The translations under genes were made by a program, and so were the position numbers. A DNA stretch of 64,000 nucleotides from Tubulanus polymorphus (Eukaryota; Animalia; Nemertea), in contig NC_134035.1 of the NCBI RefSeq assembly GCF_964204645.1, positions 11,626,451 to 11,690,450 of the forward strand. The letters are read 5' to 3'. Numbering within the stretch: the stretch's first letter is position 1; each line of letters starts with the position of its first letter. Positions 1 to 54,200 of this stretch are shown here, one piece after another. Under the pieces are notes generated by a model. That model was not told the origin of the DNA, searched no databases, and saw only the letters and a program-made list of their open reading frames with translations.

Positions 1-1645
1 CCTCCCCCTAGCCTAGCCTGTCTGACATTTAAACTAAATGAACTAACATCTTTCGCAATGAACTTTTCGATCGCAAAATGGCCACCTTGTCGCTTTATTC
101 ATTCCTATTTTCGTCCTATTTTCATAATTCTGTAAAAGAAGCGTATTATGAGGAGAATTTTTATAAAGAAGTGAGCGGAACGACAAAGAGAGAAGAGCTG
201 AACAATATCGTGGCTTCTGCCTGACAAAGATAACGAAGAAATGTGCAAAAGGCCTTTGATTCAGCAAAATCTTTTCGAAAGCTTTTACAAAGTTTACGAA
301 TAATTCCTATGCCAAACCTCGATTCGGATGACCTTTCAAATAGCCAATATACATGTATAACGAAATAATTATATAACTCAATAGTCAGCTGTGTACGATG
401 GCTGATTTTTATGGTGCTAACGAGTGATGTTCATTCGCTTCCAAATTTTTTGGGCGTTTTTTTTCAAGAAAAACATTCTTTTAGACCCTGTTTAGCTACC
501 GCACAAAAAAAAACAAGACAAAAATACCCATTCTAACCGCCGGAAATCAGGAACAGAACATATTTTCTTTACGAAATGTATACCTATTTCACCATCATGT
601 GTTTCGTGTTAATCTATTAATATGTATATCTATATAAATTTGAACATTTGCCATACATCCACGTGAATATCGCCTAATATTTATACTAATAACAATAAAG
701 ACGCGCGAGGAAACGATGTATATACATCATATATTGCAGATGAATATACATGCATTTCAAAAAAGTGCAGCAGCCCTGGTTGCGTTTCCTTCCTCCCCTT
801 GTTTTGAATACGTTGCTCCTAAATAATGCGTAATGATCCTTATTTTTCAAGGTTTTCTCGTCGCCTGATTTCTTCTTCTTTCTAGAAAGTTTCCGCTCTC
901 TAGTATCTATCTCTGCAGATCTATTTTCTGCCCGCTTTCAGGATATATCGAAAATTTCTATTAAGCAGCGATAATGATTTGGACATTTTTAACACCGAGT
1001 CAGGATATGTAGGAATCAATTGAATATCATTCTTTCTTAATTTTCGGTTTAGCCCGTTATAAGAGATAATGTTCGACGTAAATTTCACTTAAATAAACAT
1101 GAAATATGAATGAAACTTAGATATTGGCTAATACACATTTTTACAGTCTACTATATGAGAAAGAAAACCGTGTTAATGGATTTGGCATCACAGCCAATTT
1201 GTGTATCTATAAACGCTTCACAGTGAAATAGAACTACGGGAAAGCTCGAACCTACACTGTCTTAGTGAATCGAGATATTTCGCGCTTGCATCTTATATAT
1301 ACATACGTGTATAAGTGGAAAAATTTTGTTTAACGTTAAATGTTAGAGGTTAAAACTTGTAAAGAATACATGGATAAATGTGGAAAATCGAAAAGAAAAT
1401 AAACACCGGTTTACAACAGGATCGTGTTGAGCGATATATAGCGCAACCTTGGCGGAGAAATAGATTTACAGATGCCTGTGTAGTACCACCCTCAACACCA
1501 TCATCTAGTTTATATCCTGCAGCTATACGGCACTTACCTATATTCAAACTCAATCGGGTTTATGCAAAGAAATAACCTACACACGTTTGCCGGTTTATAA
1601 ATGACTGCACTGGCATGTTAGACGAAGTGACAATAATGTTCCTAC

Positions 1646-40802
<39,157 letters not shown>

Positions 40803-43800
40803 ACTTATAGATCCTACCGCGTACGAAGCCTGCTAATAGACAATTTCGGATTAGCTACAAAATGCAAAACGACAACGCCTAATCAACGCGCACATTATTT
40901 GCTATACGGCGTATTGTAGGGTATTTGTTTTCGCCCTCAACGCATCAGTCATATTCCCTGATGGTTCGTAGCCTTGAGCAAAACCGTGGTTTACAATAGC
41001 AAGGTCGACACGAACTACGAACGTATGTAAAAGGACACTGTGTGTTGCGCAAAAATAGAAAAATATATGAACTGCATATCGGCGAAACAAATCCACATAA
41101 TATACACAAATTTAAAAGATTAAAAACGATGTCTATTTGTCAAATCAAGTCACAACATTTCGAACAGACCCCTCAGTATTGACACCATCGCGGGCGTGAC
41201 GATGATCTCTATAAAAATTCCAAAACATCGAATTTTTTTCTATATTAAAATATAAATTGAGTTTTGAATCTCTTGAATTTGTATATTATTATCAACATGA
41301 TTGCTTGCTATCATTATACCTTATTTTCGTTACTTAACTTTTTTTCAAAGGGCCTAATTGTCCTGTGGGCCTACATGGCTCTGTTCGCGCCCCTATCTAC
41401 TAATTCTGGTTCAATCTTATCCTTTTGTAATTTTGTATTGCTTTTGATTGACGATGAAATAAATATTATGATTATTATGATTATTGGTAACATTGGATCT
41501 TGATAACATGAGCAATTCGCCACGTTAGAGTACACGTGATGACAATTCTATTATCTGCATAATAATTCCGCTGATAGTTAAGTTAAAATTGTCATTATTT
41601 TCTCTGAGCTTAAGGCTGCCTTTCAGATGCTTAAATACATATTAGTAAACGTCTCAATTCCTGAATCTAATTGAATTGTAATGGTCGTGTTGGTTTTTTC
41701 AACGCATACAGAAATGCACTAAAATAAATACTATAATCTCTCTACATGCGCGCCAGTTTTATGATAGTATAAACTTATTCTAAAGATATTTCATATCACT
41801 GCTATCTAAATTGTACGTTACAGGAATAAATTGAGGCAGTAGGTTCAGGCAAATGATTTAATGCAAAATGCACAATAATAACCGACTTATTAGAGAAGGT
41901 TTTTTCAGTGTTGATTAACTGTTATAACTAGATGTTGGTTATTGGAAGAAAGTAATCCATAAAAAAATAATGTTGGTGGCGCGGGTTAAATCTAGTTACC
42001 GCTATTAGATCATCCCATTGATCGCCGTTAGGAAACAGTCAACACGCTGAGGTCTCAATAAACCTTTTTTTTAACTTTTAATCTTCAAGTGCGGAATTAA
42101 TCTTATTCACATTGTATAGGTTGTGCAGATCGAAAAGTGATGAATATAGAAATATTTTCCATGGCCGTGTATTCGTATGTAACGCAAATTACGAAATGTA
42201 CAGTAAATTTTCCGACATTAGCCTTTCAAAAACACCTGCGCGATATGAATCGAAATCATGCTAAGCCTCGTCGCTAGCTGTCACTGGCAATCAGGCGATT
42301 AGATGGATTTTCGGAAAAACACGGCGTTACATGCTACAACGCGTACAAGTAAAAAGAGATGAAAAATCATATTTATAACCGCGTAACAAACAAACACTGA
42401 CGCACACACGCCACATGCCACTGGATGGTATCAGTTTTCGAATATTAAAAACGTGCCGATAAGCTAAGCGAATACCGCAGTTTTTCTAATTGAATTTCGA
42501 GTTATTCGAACAGATTTTACCGCCGGGGCATGCGCGTGATATTTTTTGGAAATTAAAAATTGAAATTGTTATTGCCGTATGATTGGGGCTGTTCAGTCTC
42601 TATATTCCGTTCAGACTATTGCCGCAAGTGTTTGTAAACTGTTCACGCTACTATCGTTATATTATGATTAGCTAAGAAAACATCGTGCACCTTCAGTCAG
42701 TTGCCATACACACATTCACCCGGTAAATTCGTGTCAGAATTTGCCAGAAAAACGAGAGCTCGAGGAGGAGCACAGTACTCTTTTGATTTCACGTTCTCGG
42801 TGTAGGGTTTCCCATACGCAACGGGTCGATATAGGCTTCACCGACTTCAGTCTTGTGGTCGATAAACCGAATTTATTTAACGAATATCTAATAGTAATTA
42901 GATAATTGGATTCAGTCAGAGACTATTGGATTAAAAAGAACCCTGTCTAGTTGAATCCTTGTTGGACTTAAGTAATTATACGGACGGCAAGCTGCATATA
43001 TCAAGAATAGTAGATAATAAAAACAACAGCAAAAGGATGTATATATCCCTAACAAAGTAGAGATTAATCTATTGATATTGATTCGCTAGTCTATATATTA
43101 TTTACATCGATTACGCTTATAAGAATCTAAGATTTCACGGAAAACTAATTTTTTACGTATCTAATTTCTTACGTATTTAAAGAATCATCCGTTTCACAAC
43201 ATTTCCGACTTTACTATACGTTTGCACTGCATATACATTTAAAGAAAAACACAAAGAGGAATTTTCGTCCGTTACTACTAAGACGAAAATTGAAACTCGA
43301 AACTATGTACATACCTCGGTTCACAATTCGTGCAGTTATCTAAGGCCTGTACGCGAATAATCCCGCCCCAACAATGTCATAATCCAAACATCACCCGTAT
43401 TTCGCCGCGTCCACAATCTTCAAAAATCAAATCGAAAATTGATTGAAAAAATATGTAGATTTTCGTTTGTTGTCGTTTGTGCGACTAAGTCCGAAGAAAA
43501 AGAAACGCCGCTAGAGGCATTTAGTGGCGATGGTATATGTAGTTAAGCGGCGCTGTGCGTAGAGTGAGTACATACAGCAATCTTACCATCGGTAAGTAAG
43601 GGGTAGACATAGGCTAGAGAAATGCATACTTACTGTTTCCCAGCAGTTGCACATAAAAAATGTAACCGCTATAAATTAGAGTTTCACCTAGAGTACCTTT
43701 ACCCGAAAAACAGACATTCAACTGATACGATTTTATGTTATATCAGATACTAAAAGTATTGTCGGGATTTTTAAAAGTGTTAAACGCCATCATCGGGAAG

Positions 43801-44072
43801 ATGATATCGATGTTGTTATCCTCACCAACGCAAATTGTTGAAATGAAATGAATATTATCATTCGACATAGGCGACAACAGTTCTTGGGCTCAGGCTCGAA
43901 CTCTGAAATTACCATGCGTTAGTTCCCGTTGCGTTTTGCATAAGTTGTATCTAGGGTCAATGGCTAAGTTTCGTCGAGACAACGTTTTGAAATTTCGACC
44001 CCGTTCCTGACTTATGATGAGGTCATCTTCAAGGTCATATCGCTGAAAAATAGTTATTAGTGCCTAATTACG

Positions 44073-44085
44073 CCGCTAGGTGGCA
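44073..44085 (+). promoter_or_regulatory. CTCF-like motif between the two genes
   Basis: CCGCTAGGTGGCA. Confidence 0.3.
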
Positions 44086-44716
44086 TGTGGGGTCCTTGCG
44101 CTGCACAACTTGACGTCCGGTTTGAATTGCAGGGAAATCGGAAGTAGAAAAAATTACGTCACGAATTCAGGAATTGTTTTCCCCGTGCACGGGGATATCA
44201 GGGAATCTGGGCGTTATCCTCTGAAATCAGGGAAAAGTTTCACCAAGAACCTTAATGCCTGACGTACCACAGTATATTGTTGTGATAATTATAGCTATGT
44301 AATTATACTTTGAATGAATAAAATCTATATCAAACAACCATTCAAAGTACAACGTTTTACATAACGAACAATTTATGTTAAACGAAACCAGGATTTATTC
44401 AGGATTTTGCTTTCATTTTTGAATACTGTGGACGTCTACGATGAAGTCGTCTCGCCTATGTACCTACTATTGTACGACTTCTAAGATTGCAGCTCATAGA
44501 TGATTTACTATGATAACTATATAGCCCAAAGGTTAAAATCTTATTTCAAATATTTATATAGACTTTTGCTTTCAATAAATAAAGAACTGCTCATTTCTTC
44601 ATAAAAAATTCCGGATAAAAAACTCGTCTTAATGCACTTTTCATTATCGTTTTCCTTGAAAGAAATAAAGAAGAAATGAATAAAAGACGATCATCATCTA
44701 ACTTAAGTAAATGATT

Positions 44717-44722
44717 TTTATT
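44717..44722 (-). promoter_or_regulatory. candidate polyadenylation signal of BAZ1B (3'UTR ~3.2 kb)
   Basis: AATAAA on the minus strand followed by a U-rich downstream tract; other AATAAA hexamers are possible. Confidence 0.35.
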
Positions 44723-45442
44723 TTACTCTATTATACTTTACTACAAAGTTACGTACAACAAAAAGACAGCGTATCAATATACATATACATATATCAATTA
44801 GTATATACGTTCTACATTGAAACAATGCGCGCATCTCACTAGAATCCCGTATACACGATCTATTCACCGCATCAGACCCGTAGCAGCCCCGTCTTACTCG
44901 GGGGCCTGCGAGAGTTCGCCTAGAAAATTCAAAACAACCGTCGCCAGATTTTGCGTTTATTTTCCTCGCACTTTGGCCTCCACTTGAGCAAGTTTGGAAA
45001 CATAATTTGAAGTAACAAAAAAAATTTCACCGATTATTTATTTTTTTTTCAAATCGATGCTTTAATTTTCTTAAGGCCAGCGCATCACGGCGGACCTGCG
45101 TCGATTATTTCAAACACGGTCCTGTGCTGCATCACCTTTGAACTTTAAATCAAACAGTTTCACGTCAACTAAATCATGTTGATAAGTTTGAATATAGGAT
45201 TTAAAGATGACCCCTACCCCGGAGGTTTAAGGAATTAGCGTCAAATTTATTTTTCACGTACGTCATATCGGGCGAATATCACTGCATTCGACCACGGCCG
45301 ACGACTGACATAAACTCTTTACGCGTCATGGTGACGTCACACTGCAAGTAGTGCAAGCGGCTCAGTGAAGCAAAACGCCATTTGACCTTGGAGTAGTCAC
45401 TAAATGATTAAAATACGATTGATGTCTGTGGATGACCTCTAC

Positions 45443-45875
45443 AGCCACGTTCACACTACGATACTGCAGTCATCAAATTTGTTAAAATAATCAACAGCCA
45501 GGGACTCAAAAATCTATCATTAAGATATCAATTTAGGGGTAAAATGCTAATAAGGAAATCTTGCAGGGCTAGTGTCGTGATAACTAACTATCTGTGGCCA
45601 ATTTAGCAATACGTGTGTGAACTCACATACTGATTGGCCCGTTCCAGGTACGGACCCACTTAGAACGGTCTAACTAGTGATAGTGTGAACACGGCTTATA
45701 GGGATCTTGCACGTGACGTCATAGTTTGCCATACGAGCTGGGGTATTTACAAACTACGAGGGTCTTTCATCTGAATACCTTAAATAACACGGGCTCTTCA
45801 TTTAGAGTTAATGGTTTGACCATCAATATAAAGGCGTAGACACGTGGAGAAAGTACATGACTGCAAGACCTCAAT
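45443..45875. mobile_element. two adjacent inverted-repeat elements in the putative BAZ1B 3'UTR
   Basis: gccacgttcacacta / tagtgtgaacacggc (45443-45695) and atagggatcttgca / tgcaagacctcaat (45698-45875). Confidence 0.4.
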
Positions 45876-47961
45876 ACTGGAGATTTTAAACTTGATCTAA
45901 CTCAGAAACATATGCAAAATAGAAGTCATTCTTTTATGACTTATACTTCGGGAAATCCGCGCGAGCGTTACAAACGATTGCTCTATCCATTTACAAAACT
46001 TATCAATCTTCATCTAAACCCTGCCTCCACAAATAAGAAAAAAAAAAAATTTTGCATTTTTTGTCCTGATAGAGATACATAAAATCAGTCATTCGGCTAC
46101 GGACACTATCAAAGATTTCCTATCAATCTTTATCATCATTTTCTATCGAGAGAAATATACATTCAAATCGCGCATTACGTATGCATTATATATAAATACG
46201 CCTAACATCGATTCCAAACACTGAATATACATTAGTATATATACATTATTACATCATTGTCATTATTACCCATTCACGAATCATCATACAATGTGTATAT
46301 ATATTATGGCATAATTCTTTGACTACTATACTTTATGTACATGTACAGCGAAGTCGCCAGACGTTCTTAAGAGGTAACATGCGACCCTTCGAGAGAACGG
46401 CTTCGGATGCTGGACAACCTTTCCTAAATTTGCTTTAAACGTCGTCGGTTAAGACTCTGATGGAAAGTAAAGTCTATTACACATAAAATAACAGACTCAT
46501 ATATAGAAACATCACGGGCTATTCACTCAAAAGTTGGTTAGAGTTAGTGACAATATTAGAATCGCATTGTAATCATGATCCATCAGTTGACTCGGTTTTT
46601 AACCAACTTTTGAGCAATTTTCTCCTCGCGATCAGTAAAGTTTGTCCCGTTTTACATGACCAGCCTAGTCTTACTAATAAATAATAAAAACACCGCATTG
46701 CCTTATTCGGGTTTTTGATGGATTCTCGACAAAATGCAATTATTCATAACAACCGAGGCTAATAAACTGATTTGAAAGATTAAACTTTAAAATCGAAGAT
46801 CCAGTCCCGCAAATGTTAACGATGAACTGTAGAATCATCTTCAGAACCCGTCTTGAATTGACCCAGCCAAAGTTTGTTTTGCTACGTGTAAATGATGGTA
46901 AAGTTATGAAAACTAGTTTCTAAAATTCCACTCGAAGATGAATATATGGCATTTTAGTAGATATTTGAATTGAACCGAGTAAAATAATGCAGAGCGAGGC
47001 CTTTTTTAAAGTAAATCAAAATTGTATGTACAGTAGACTGCACTTCGTTCGTACAAACAACGCAGGGAAACATAGAATCATCAAACATGTTTGAATTCGG
47101 AGACATCGTTCTTGAAACCATGTTTCATGTTACTCGTCAACACACTCAACACTAGGAAACACTTGGTTCGGTTTCCTGTTTCTATGTTTCCCTGCGGTAT
47201 GTGTAATTCAGCTTTAGATCTCAGGGACCATTTCGTTTTCTCCAAGGCGAACCAATTTCGGGCAGTCAGAGCGATGAGAAGGAATTTGTTTTTGGATATT
47301 CTATCATAGGAAATCGGAGTCTACCGTAAATACGCATGTATTCGATACACATATTACCAGTCGCGTATTACATATCAGTATACATCATATATACATGTAA
47401 TACATAGATTTCCGATAAAATAAAACTGTACAACATTATGATAAAATACATTCGCATATGTGTCAATGAGTGTCGGTGTGGGTGTGCATGTGTTAGTGCG
47501 GGTGTTCTGTATGTCTAGTTAAAAAAATCCCGGTATATTATCACATACAAGCTAGCTCATCACCATCATCATCACCATCATCATCACCATCATCATTTTT
47601 CCTTGATCATCACTTCCAGCACTAATCACAGTGAATAGGCTGGTCTGCGCAGTCAACCGCGCTAATCGAGGTTCCACCAGGCGGATAACTTCTAGGATCG
47701 AATCAAAATGTATCCATTGTTTCATCTCAAAACTGCCGTAAATATTTACCAATCCAAAAGATGAATGCAAGTTAATCTAGACACGAGATTTGCCTGATTT
47801 TCAATTCAGGAGTTTGAGAATCTAGATATTAGCTAGTTACAAGCGAGTTGTTCTAATCTGTTATCCAATCCATCCGGTGGTACAGCTGGCAGCAGGACGG
47901 GGTCCTCTTCTTCGCTCGGTGAAGTTTTCACTACCACACAAAATTCACCGACATGTCCGCG

Positions 47962-48201
47962 TTACAAACCAACAAATTTGCGTTTGTATTTCACTTCTGA
48001 AGAGAGAAAGAAACCAATTTTTGCGAAACATCGATTTTCATCAATTTTACCCATAACAGGGCGACACATGTACGTTGTTTCCCCTGACTTGATCTGTTAA
48101 GAACCCATTCAATTAACACAGTCAAATACCCATCCTTCATTCTTCGAAAAACCAGGCATTAGGGAGGGGTTTATCAGGTGGTGCTATAATAGTGGTTAAC
48201 C

Positions 48202-48234
<33 letters not shown>

Positions 48235-51200
48235 TAGTGCCTTTCCAATGAATGCTCAAAGCGCTGTCACTCAATTATTACCCAGCTTCTGTTAGCAATC
48301 CAGTACATTCTTACTCTCCCTGGGGAGATGCAACACCGATACGCTGCAGAGCGATCAAGGCGTCGTCAGCCGGTAGCAATTGTGAATTAATGCCTTGCCT
48401 AAGGATATATGTAGAATAGTAAACCTACAGCTAGGTATATTAACCATCAATACTCATAATCCGGATTTATTTCGCCCGTCTCAAATAATCCGAAATAAGC
48501 AGGGTCTATGTACAGTACTCATGGATGCAGGTGAGATGGACTTACCGGGTAAAAAGCGTTCTATCAACTGACCAAAATGTTTCTCTATAGTAACCATACA
48601 TTTGTACACTTCGGAGTTTGGCTGAAAATGAAACGTAGGACGCGTTTTAGATACATTACAGCGCGACCATCGGGACGAAGAAAAATATGAGGATACAGTA
48701 CATTCCACCTGCCACGGAACAGATTGTCTTGGATTACTCACGGTTCCCACAGTTACATGAATTAACGATTCCCAGGTTTTTCCCAAATATTTCATGGGTG
48801 ATTTTTCAATTTTTTCCAAATGGAAATGAACTGGGAATTATCATTTCAAAATTCCCAAGTTTTTCCCAATGTCCCTGTTCTGTGGGAACTATGATTATTG
48901 CATGCTATGGATTTTAGCCTGAATGAATTACAATCATTATTAGGATGAATTCAACCTCGGACAACTGAACCGGGCGCCGACTGACCTTGTTGTAAAGCTC
49001 TGCATTGTTGAACAACAGTATAAAATCGGCGATGAATTCGTTAATCGTCTCGTAGTGGAAACACTTGGTTTCGATTGTCGACAGATCGATCGGATTGCGC
49101 ACGATTTCGAAGTAGTCGGGGACCTCGTCGCGATCGACCGGTTCGCAGAACGGCCAACACGCGCGGTTCTTCACCAGACGCCCGACTATTTCGTAGTATA
49201 TAGCCTGAAGAGTGTAAACGTATCGATCACATTATATCAAACAAGCACGACTAATAACACTATAGTGCAACATCGTTTTCATGACCTCCCCAGATGTAAT
49301 GATTTTTTGCAGTTATCACAAACGTAGAATTTCATCACAAATCGCATAATTATAATAATTTCATACTGGATCAAACAAACTCTTGGTTATAACGAACAGG
49401 GGCCATTAGTTGGTTAGAATTAACCAGTGGATAGTTGACATAGTGATAATTAAAACTTCATTGTTACTATGGTATTTATCCACTGGTTATCTTTAACCAA
49501 CTTTTGAGCAACTGGCTCCTGATTTTCTGGTCCCCTGAAGTTCGTTGTAACGAGGTGCTTCTGTTTTTCAGTCTTTTAGCTTATCACAAAAACATTCCCG
49601 AACTTATCAAGAATACTTTACCTGTAATTCCGATTGAGTTTTGGATGTATTGCTGATTAAAATATCGCTGTTATCACTCTGCCGTCTTTGACTAACTGGT
49701 CTAGAACTGTAGAGACACATTTTTTCAGTTGATGCATGTATAATGTTGCTGAGGCAAGACAAGATTTTCATATCTAATATGTTCACCAGTAAGGCAAGGT
49801 TTACTGTATATCCTTGTTTTTATCAAATTCCGTCCTTTTCCAAAGAGAAATTGGTTTTCAGTATGTTCCTCATTTTCTAAATCGTGATCATTCACCCCAT
49901 TCACATATAGCTGCTCATCTGTAGAAGCTCTTAATTTCCTATTTGAATACTGTACCTGTTTCTAGTCGGCCTTTTAGGAGAGTTTGATCGTTTGGTTCGC
50001 CGATGCGAACGAGACTCCACCGGCTCCACATTCTCCTCGATCTCCGTCTCTTCATCGTCGTCATCATCATCATCACCATCAGCGTCGACGTCATCATCGC
50101 CGCTGACTTCATCATTTTCGGACTCGTAAACGTAATCTACGCGGCGACCTGCAGTAAATGAATGTTAGATATGTATACTACCGTAGACTCTGTCTTTCTT
50201 GGCAGCATTAGGGCTGTAAATGTGTCACAGAGTTGGCCAGACTGGATGCCAAGCGGTTTACAGATTTAAGTGGTATTGAGAAAGAAGGAGTAGATCGTAG
50301 TTTAAGCGTTATATTCTCCAGTTCTAATCCCTTTCTCACCTCTAGTCGAACGTCGAGGTCGACCTCTCTTAGACTTTTTCGACCGATCGTTTTCTGAAAA
50401 GTCTTCGTCTTCGTCAGAACTGGAAACCGCACGTCGGCGAGTTTTTGCTGCAAGATAGATTATTGAACGAAATCCGAACTTTTGAAAACCCTTGAACTAA
50501 GGGAGCTACAATTTTCAGAATCTCCACATTCCGTCTAATACTTAATAAGTTTTAGACCGATTCTGAAACCTTACCCAGACAAATTGTCTGAATTTGATCT
50601 TATCTGGAATTACCCATACCGCGGTAAGTTCACCGAGTTGCAATACTTACCGGCTGCTGCTGCTGTTCTTTGGTTCGAAGATCTTGAGGATCGCGTCGAC
50701 CTCGAGGCCTGCGATCTCTTTTTCTTGTACGGAATACCTTCTTTACAGTACTGACACGACCATCCTTTCCTGAATGACATCACGATTCGAATGATATATA
50801 AAAATATCAGACTTAAAGTATGGTAGCTCATTTCATTATTTTCTTTCTCAATGAAGAAGGCAAATTTTTTTGACAAATTCAACTAGCGACAAGTCATGAA
50901 AATATTTCTGCTTTAAATGAATTATCAACTACCGTTAAATATATCAAAGCTGCCAATTTATGAATATCTGAATCAGGGATGTGATGTACAGGAGCCAAAT
51001 AGGAATAAAGAAGGAATTTATTATCTTATTAAGATTTTATGGATGCAGGACAACAGTTGCCAGGAAATCCAATCATTTTGAAAAATACCACCAAAGATTG
51101 TAAAAAGATGATATTTCAAGGGACTCAGATGGATGGCAGTTTTGCGATGCAGTCGTAGCAAGGATGTGTTATCACAATGAACTGAGCAAGAACATTGTCA

Positions 51201-54200
51201 TACATATCGGCGATAATTTGAGGCAATTGACTCAGGGATAAACGGTGTCCACTGTTTACGAGATTTTCTTTTCTTTTATGAAGACGTGAATACCTCGGTT
51301 CGTGTCGTAACGCCGGGATGTGACAATCTAAGTGAAACGCTCTCGGACAAGAACTACACGACACGAGACCCTCGTCTCCTCCACATCGTGTACAGTTCTC
51401 TTCATTCGAATATTCCGGTTCCTCGACCTCCATCTTTTCCTCCTACGTACAGAGAAAACAGATAAATAATAGCACGGTGGCGCCACTTTCTGTCTATTTA
51501 CATATCCCCTGGGGCCGGTTGTATAGTCACGGCATAGACTCAAGACCAGTCTAAGACCAACATAGTTCTATAGCCAATCTAACAAATTGAGACCAGTCTT
51601 AAGGATTCCAGACCACCTTTGGACTGCGCAACTGGCCCCTGAGTTTCCCATGTGATAACATAAAATTCCCTGAGTGAATCAGAGAAATTTCTAAGTTTGA
51701 AATGTTATAATTCACTTTTCATTGAATCATGTATTGAAAAGGAAGTGCGTGGTCAATAGAGTTTTCCAGGTTTTTCGGTAAAATTGTTAAAATTCCTTGA
51801 TTTTTCCGATTCCCTGAGTTTTCCAGGTTTTTAAGGTCAGAGGCCAAAAAATTTCGACTAACCTCAGACGTTCCGTCATTGCTACTTCCACGATCTACGT
51901 AATGTTTCGGCCTGTCCCTCTGTCGCGGCGCTCTAGGCTGCAAATAAAAACACGCGGAAACATTGCAAAAGAAGTGCAAAACTAACTGACTAAGGCAGCC
52001 ATTTGGGCTGGTGTTCAGATTTTTCACATTTTTCATGTCACCACCACTAAGGGTAGGGGTACAATCAGTAGTTAATGATCATAATAGCGACAGATTGAAA
52101 TAAAGCTTCTGAAACTTTCTAACAGCACGTGCATAAATTCCTCGGTATTCGACAAAAAAGAGGATCAAAATGGTTCATGATTTTTCACAATTTTTCTAAA
52201 CTGATGAACATATTTCCTAAAAGCAAATCGGTTAAAAATATAGTTCAAACTTACCGTACAAGCTGGACAGAACCAATCACCGTCAGGAATAGTGAGCAAA
52301 GCCGGTCGTAAACACATCAGATGGAATGCTTGATTACACGAATCACAGAGTATCAACGCTGTGTAGTCGTCTTTACGATTTCGCCGACATATTTTACATT
52401 TCTACACAAATTTAAGAAATAAAATGGTCATTTAGACTCAAAAAACTTGATCAAATTCGAGCGGAATAGCATCCTGTGAATCAGGAACAAAATAAGTACA
52501 TAACTAGCGTCCAGCACCATACAGTCAAAGCTTAGATATAAGAACACACTCTAAGACCGTCCTAGTTGTGGAGGAGCCATGTTAAGAAGATTAACATGAA
52601 ATTTCAGAAACTATAACTGAAAATCAGGGGTGGCAGGTCGGTAGCTCTGTGACGGATCAGTTCATTTAATTAAGGAGTAAATCACTAAAATTGTATTCTG
52701 CATAGACATAACAAGTCCATTTCGATCTTGTTAATGTAACCATATTCAAAATAGATACATAATAGCTTTTCTCACTGATGCCACATCTTCAAATTTTCAT
52801 AAGAGCTACAAGCTACATATATATATATATATATATGTATACAGGCCAAAATGAAATCATTAATTGCATGCGATATATTTACGTTTTAAATGATAAACTT
52901 ACAGCATGTTCGGCTGACTTCTCCCACATTATCGACGCATCTAACATTCCTAATAATACGTGCAGACGTGAGAATGTAGCGCTCGATTCGACGGCTTCGA
53001 TCCAACTTTTCAAACGATCGGCCAATTTCTTGTCTGAAATCATAAAACATTGTATAACGAATCTGTAGAAAGGAGGTCTCTACAATCGACTGCGGCAATC
53101 GAGGAGTCCACTTGTAGCAAGTGGGGATCCACCAGGCACCACAAGCGAGTATTAAGACAATGATTTCAGATTTCTTCTCATTATTTCTCAAATTCTATTA
53201 ATGATAAATAAAAATCGCGCGGCGCATGAACCCAAAAGATCAATCAGAATTTATCGTGAAATGCCTTAGATGCGGAAGGCTAAAATTCTAAAAGAAATCA
53301 ATTGAAAATGAACTAGATTTGATCGTTGTCCTATTGCCGTCATCCTCATTGAGGTCATTTTGTGTGTAAGGGCATTGATGGTGCCTGTTCAAATACAGTA
53401 CTCAGCTCAAATTGGATCTATCCAATTCGGCGAACCTTTTAACTCGAATATTCATTTCAAATTCGAACTTTTCACCTAATCTCAAAATATTCGGATTATC
53501 AACACAGTTCGACCGTCTTTAAACTCACTACCAGCTTACTTTTTACTATCGACCCTTCTACAGCGGCGCCGGTGCCCGATTCACCGCTCTTTTCAACTTT
53601 ATCCGTCTGCGTAAAAATTCCTTCGAGAAATTTCGAGTCGACCGACAAGTGAGTTTCTAATAGCAGCGCCGCCTGAAACAGAACATCACAAATTAATGAC
53701 TCAATCCTGGTAATCTTGAGTAATTCGTGTCATGAATTGCAAACTCCTCTGAGATCTAAATATCTGATTTAAAGTGGATTGAAAATTCACTCATTTTGGG
53801 AATGGCTTGATGCTTAATCTATTCTCACATAATATACTTCAATGTTACGTACGAGATCTTTGATATTCGTCGTTGAATCTAATCGTATGACCCAGGCGTC
53901 GTAGTTTTCATCGCCGCCCATACACCCGTTAACCAGTCGAGTTCGCGTTTCCTTCAGTTCCTTTTTGAAAGCGTCGCGAATATCGTTCGGTCCATCGGCG
54001 TCCAGCAGGTCGGGTTCCAATCTGCAGAAATTAGAAAACAGAATTTTCACCTTGAAGATCAAGCGTAGCCTACAGTGGCCTATTCATCAAAATTCTTATT
54101 ATAAACAAGATATTACGCAATTTTTTACACTTGATCTTTAATATGAAATAGGTGTATGCTTTGATATCGTCAATGTACAACTGGATGAAACTGTTTTTCT

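Noticed and set aside
46810-46846. CTGAAGA-T-GAT..ATC hammerhead-like start on the minus strand
   Set aside because: GAA replaced by GTT and no stem I; too degenerate
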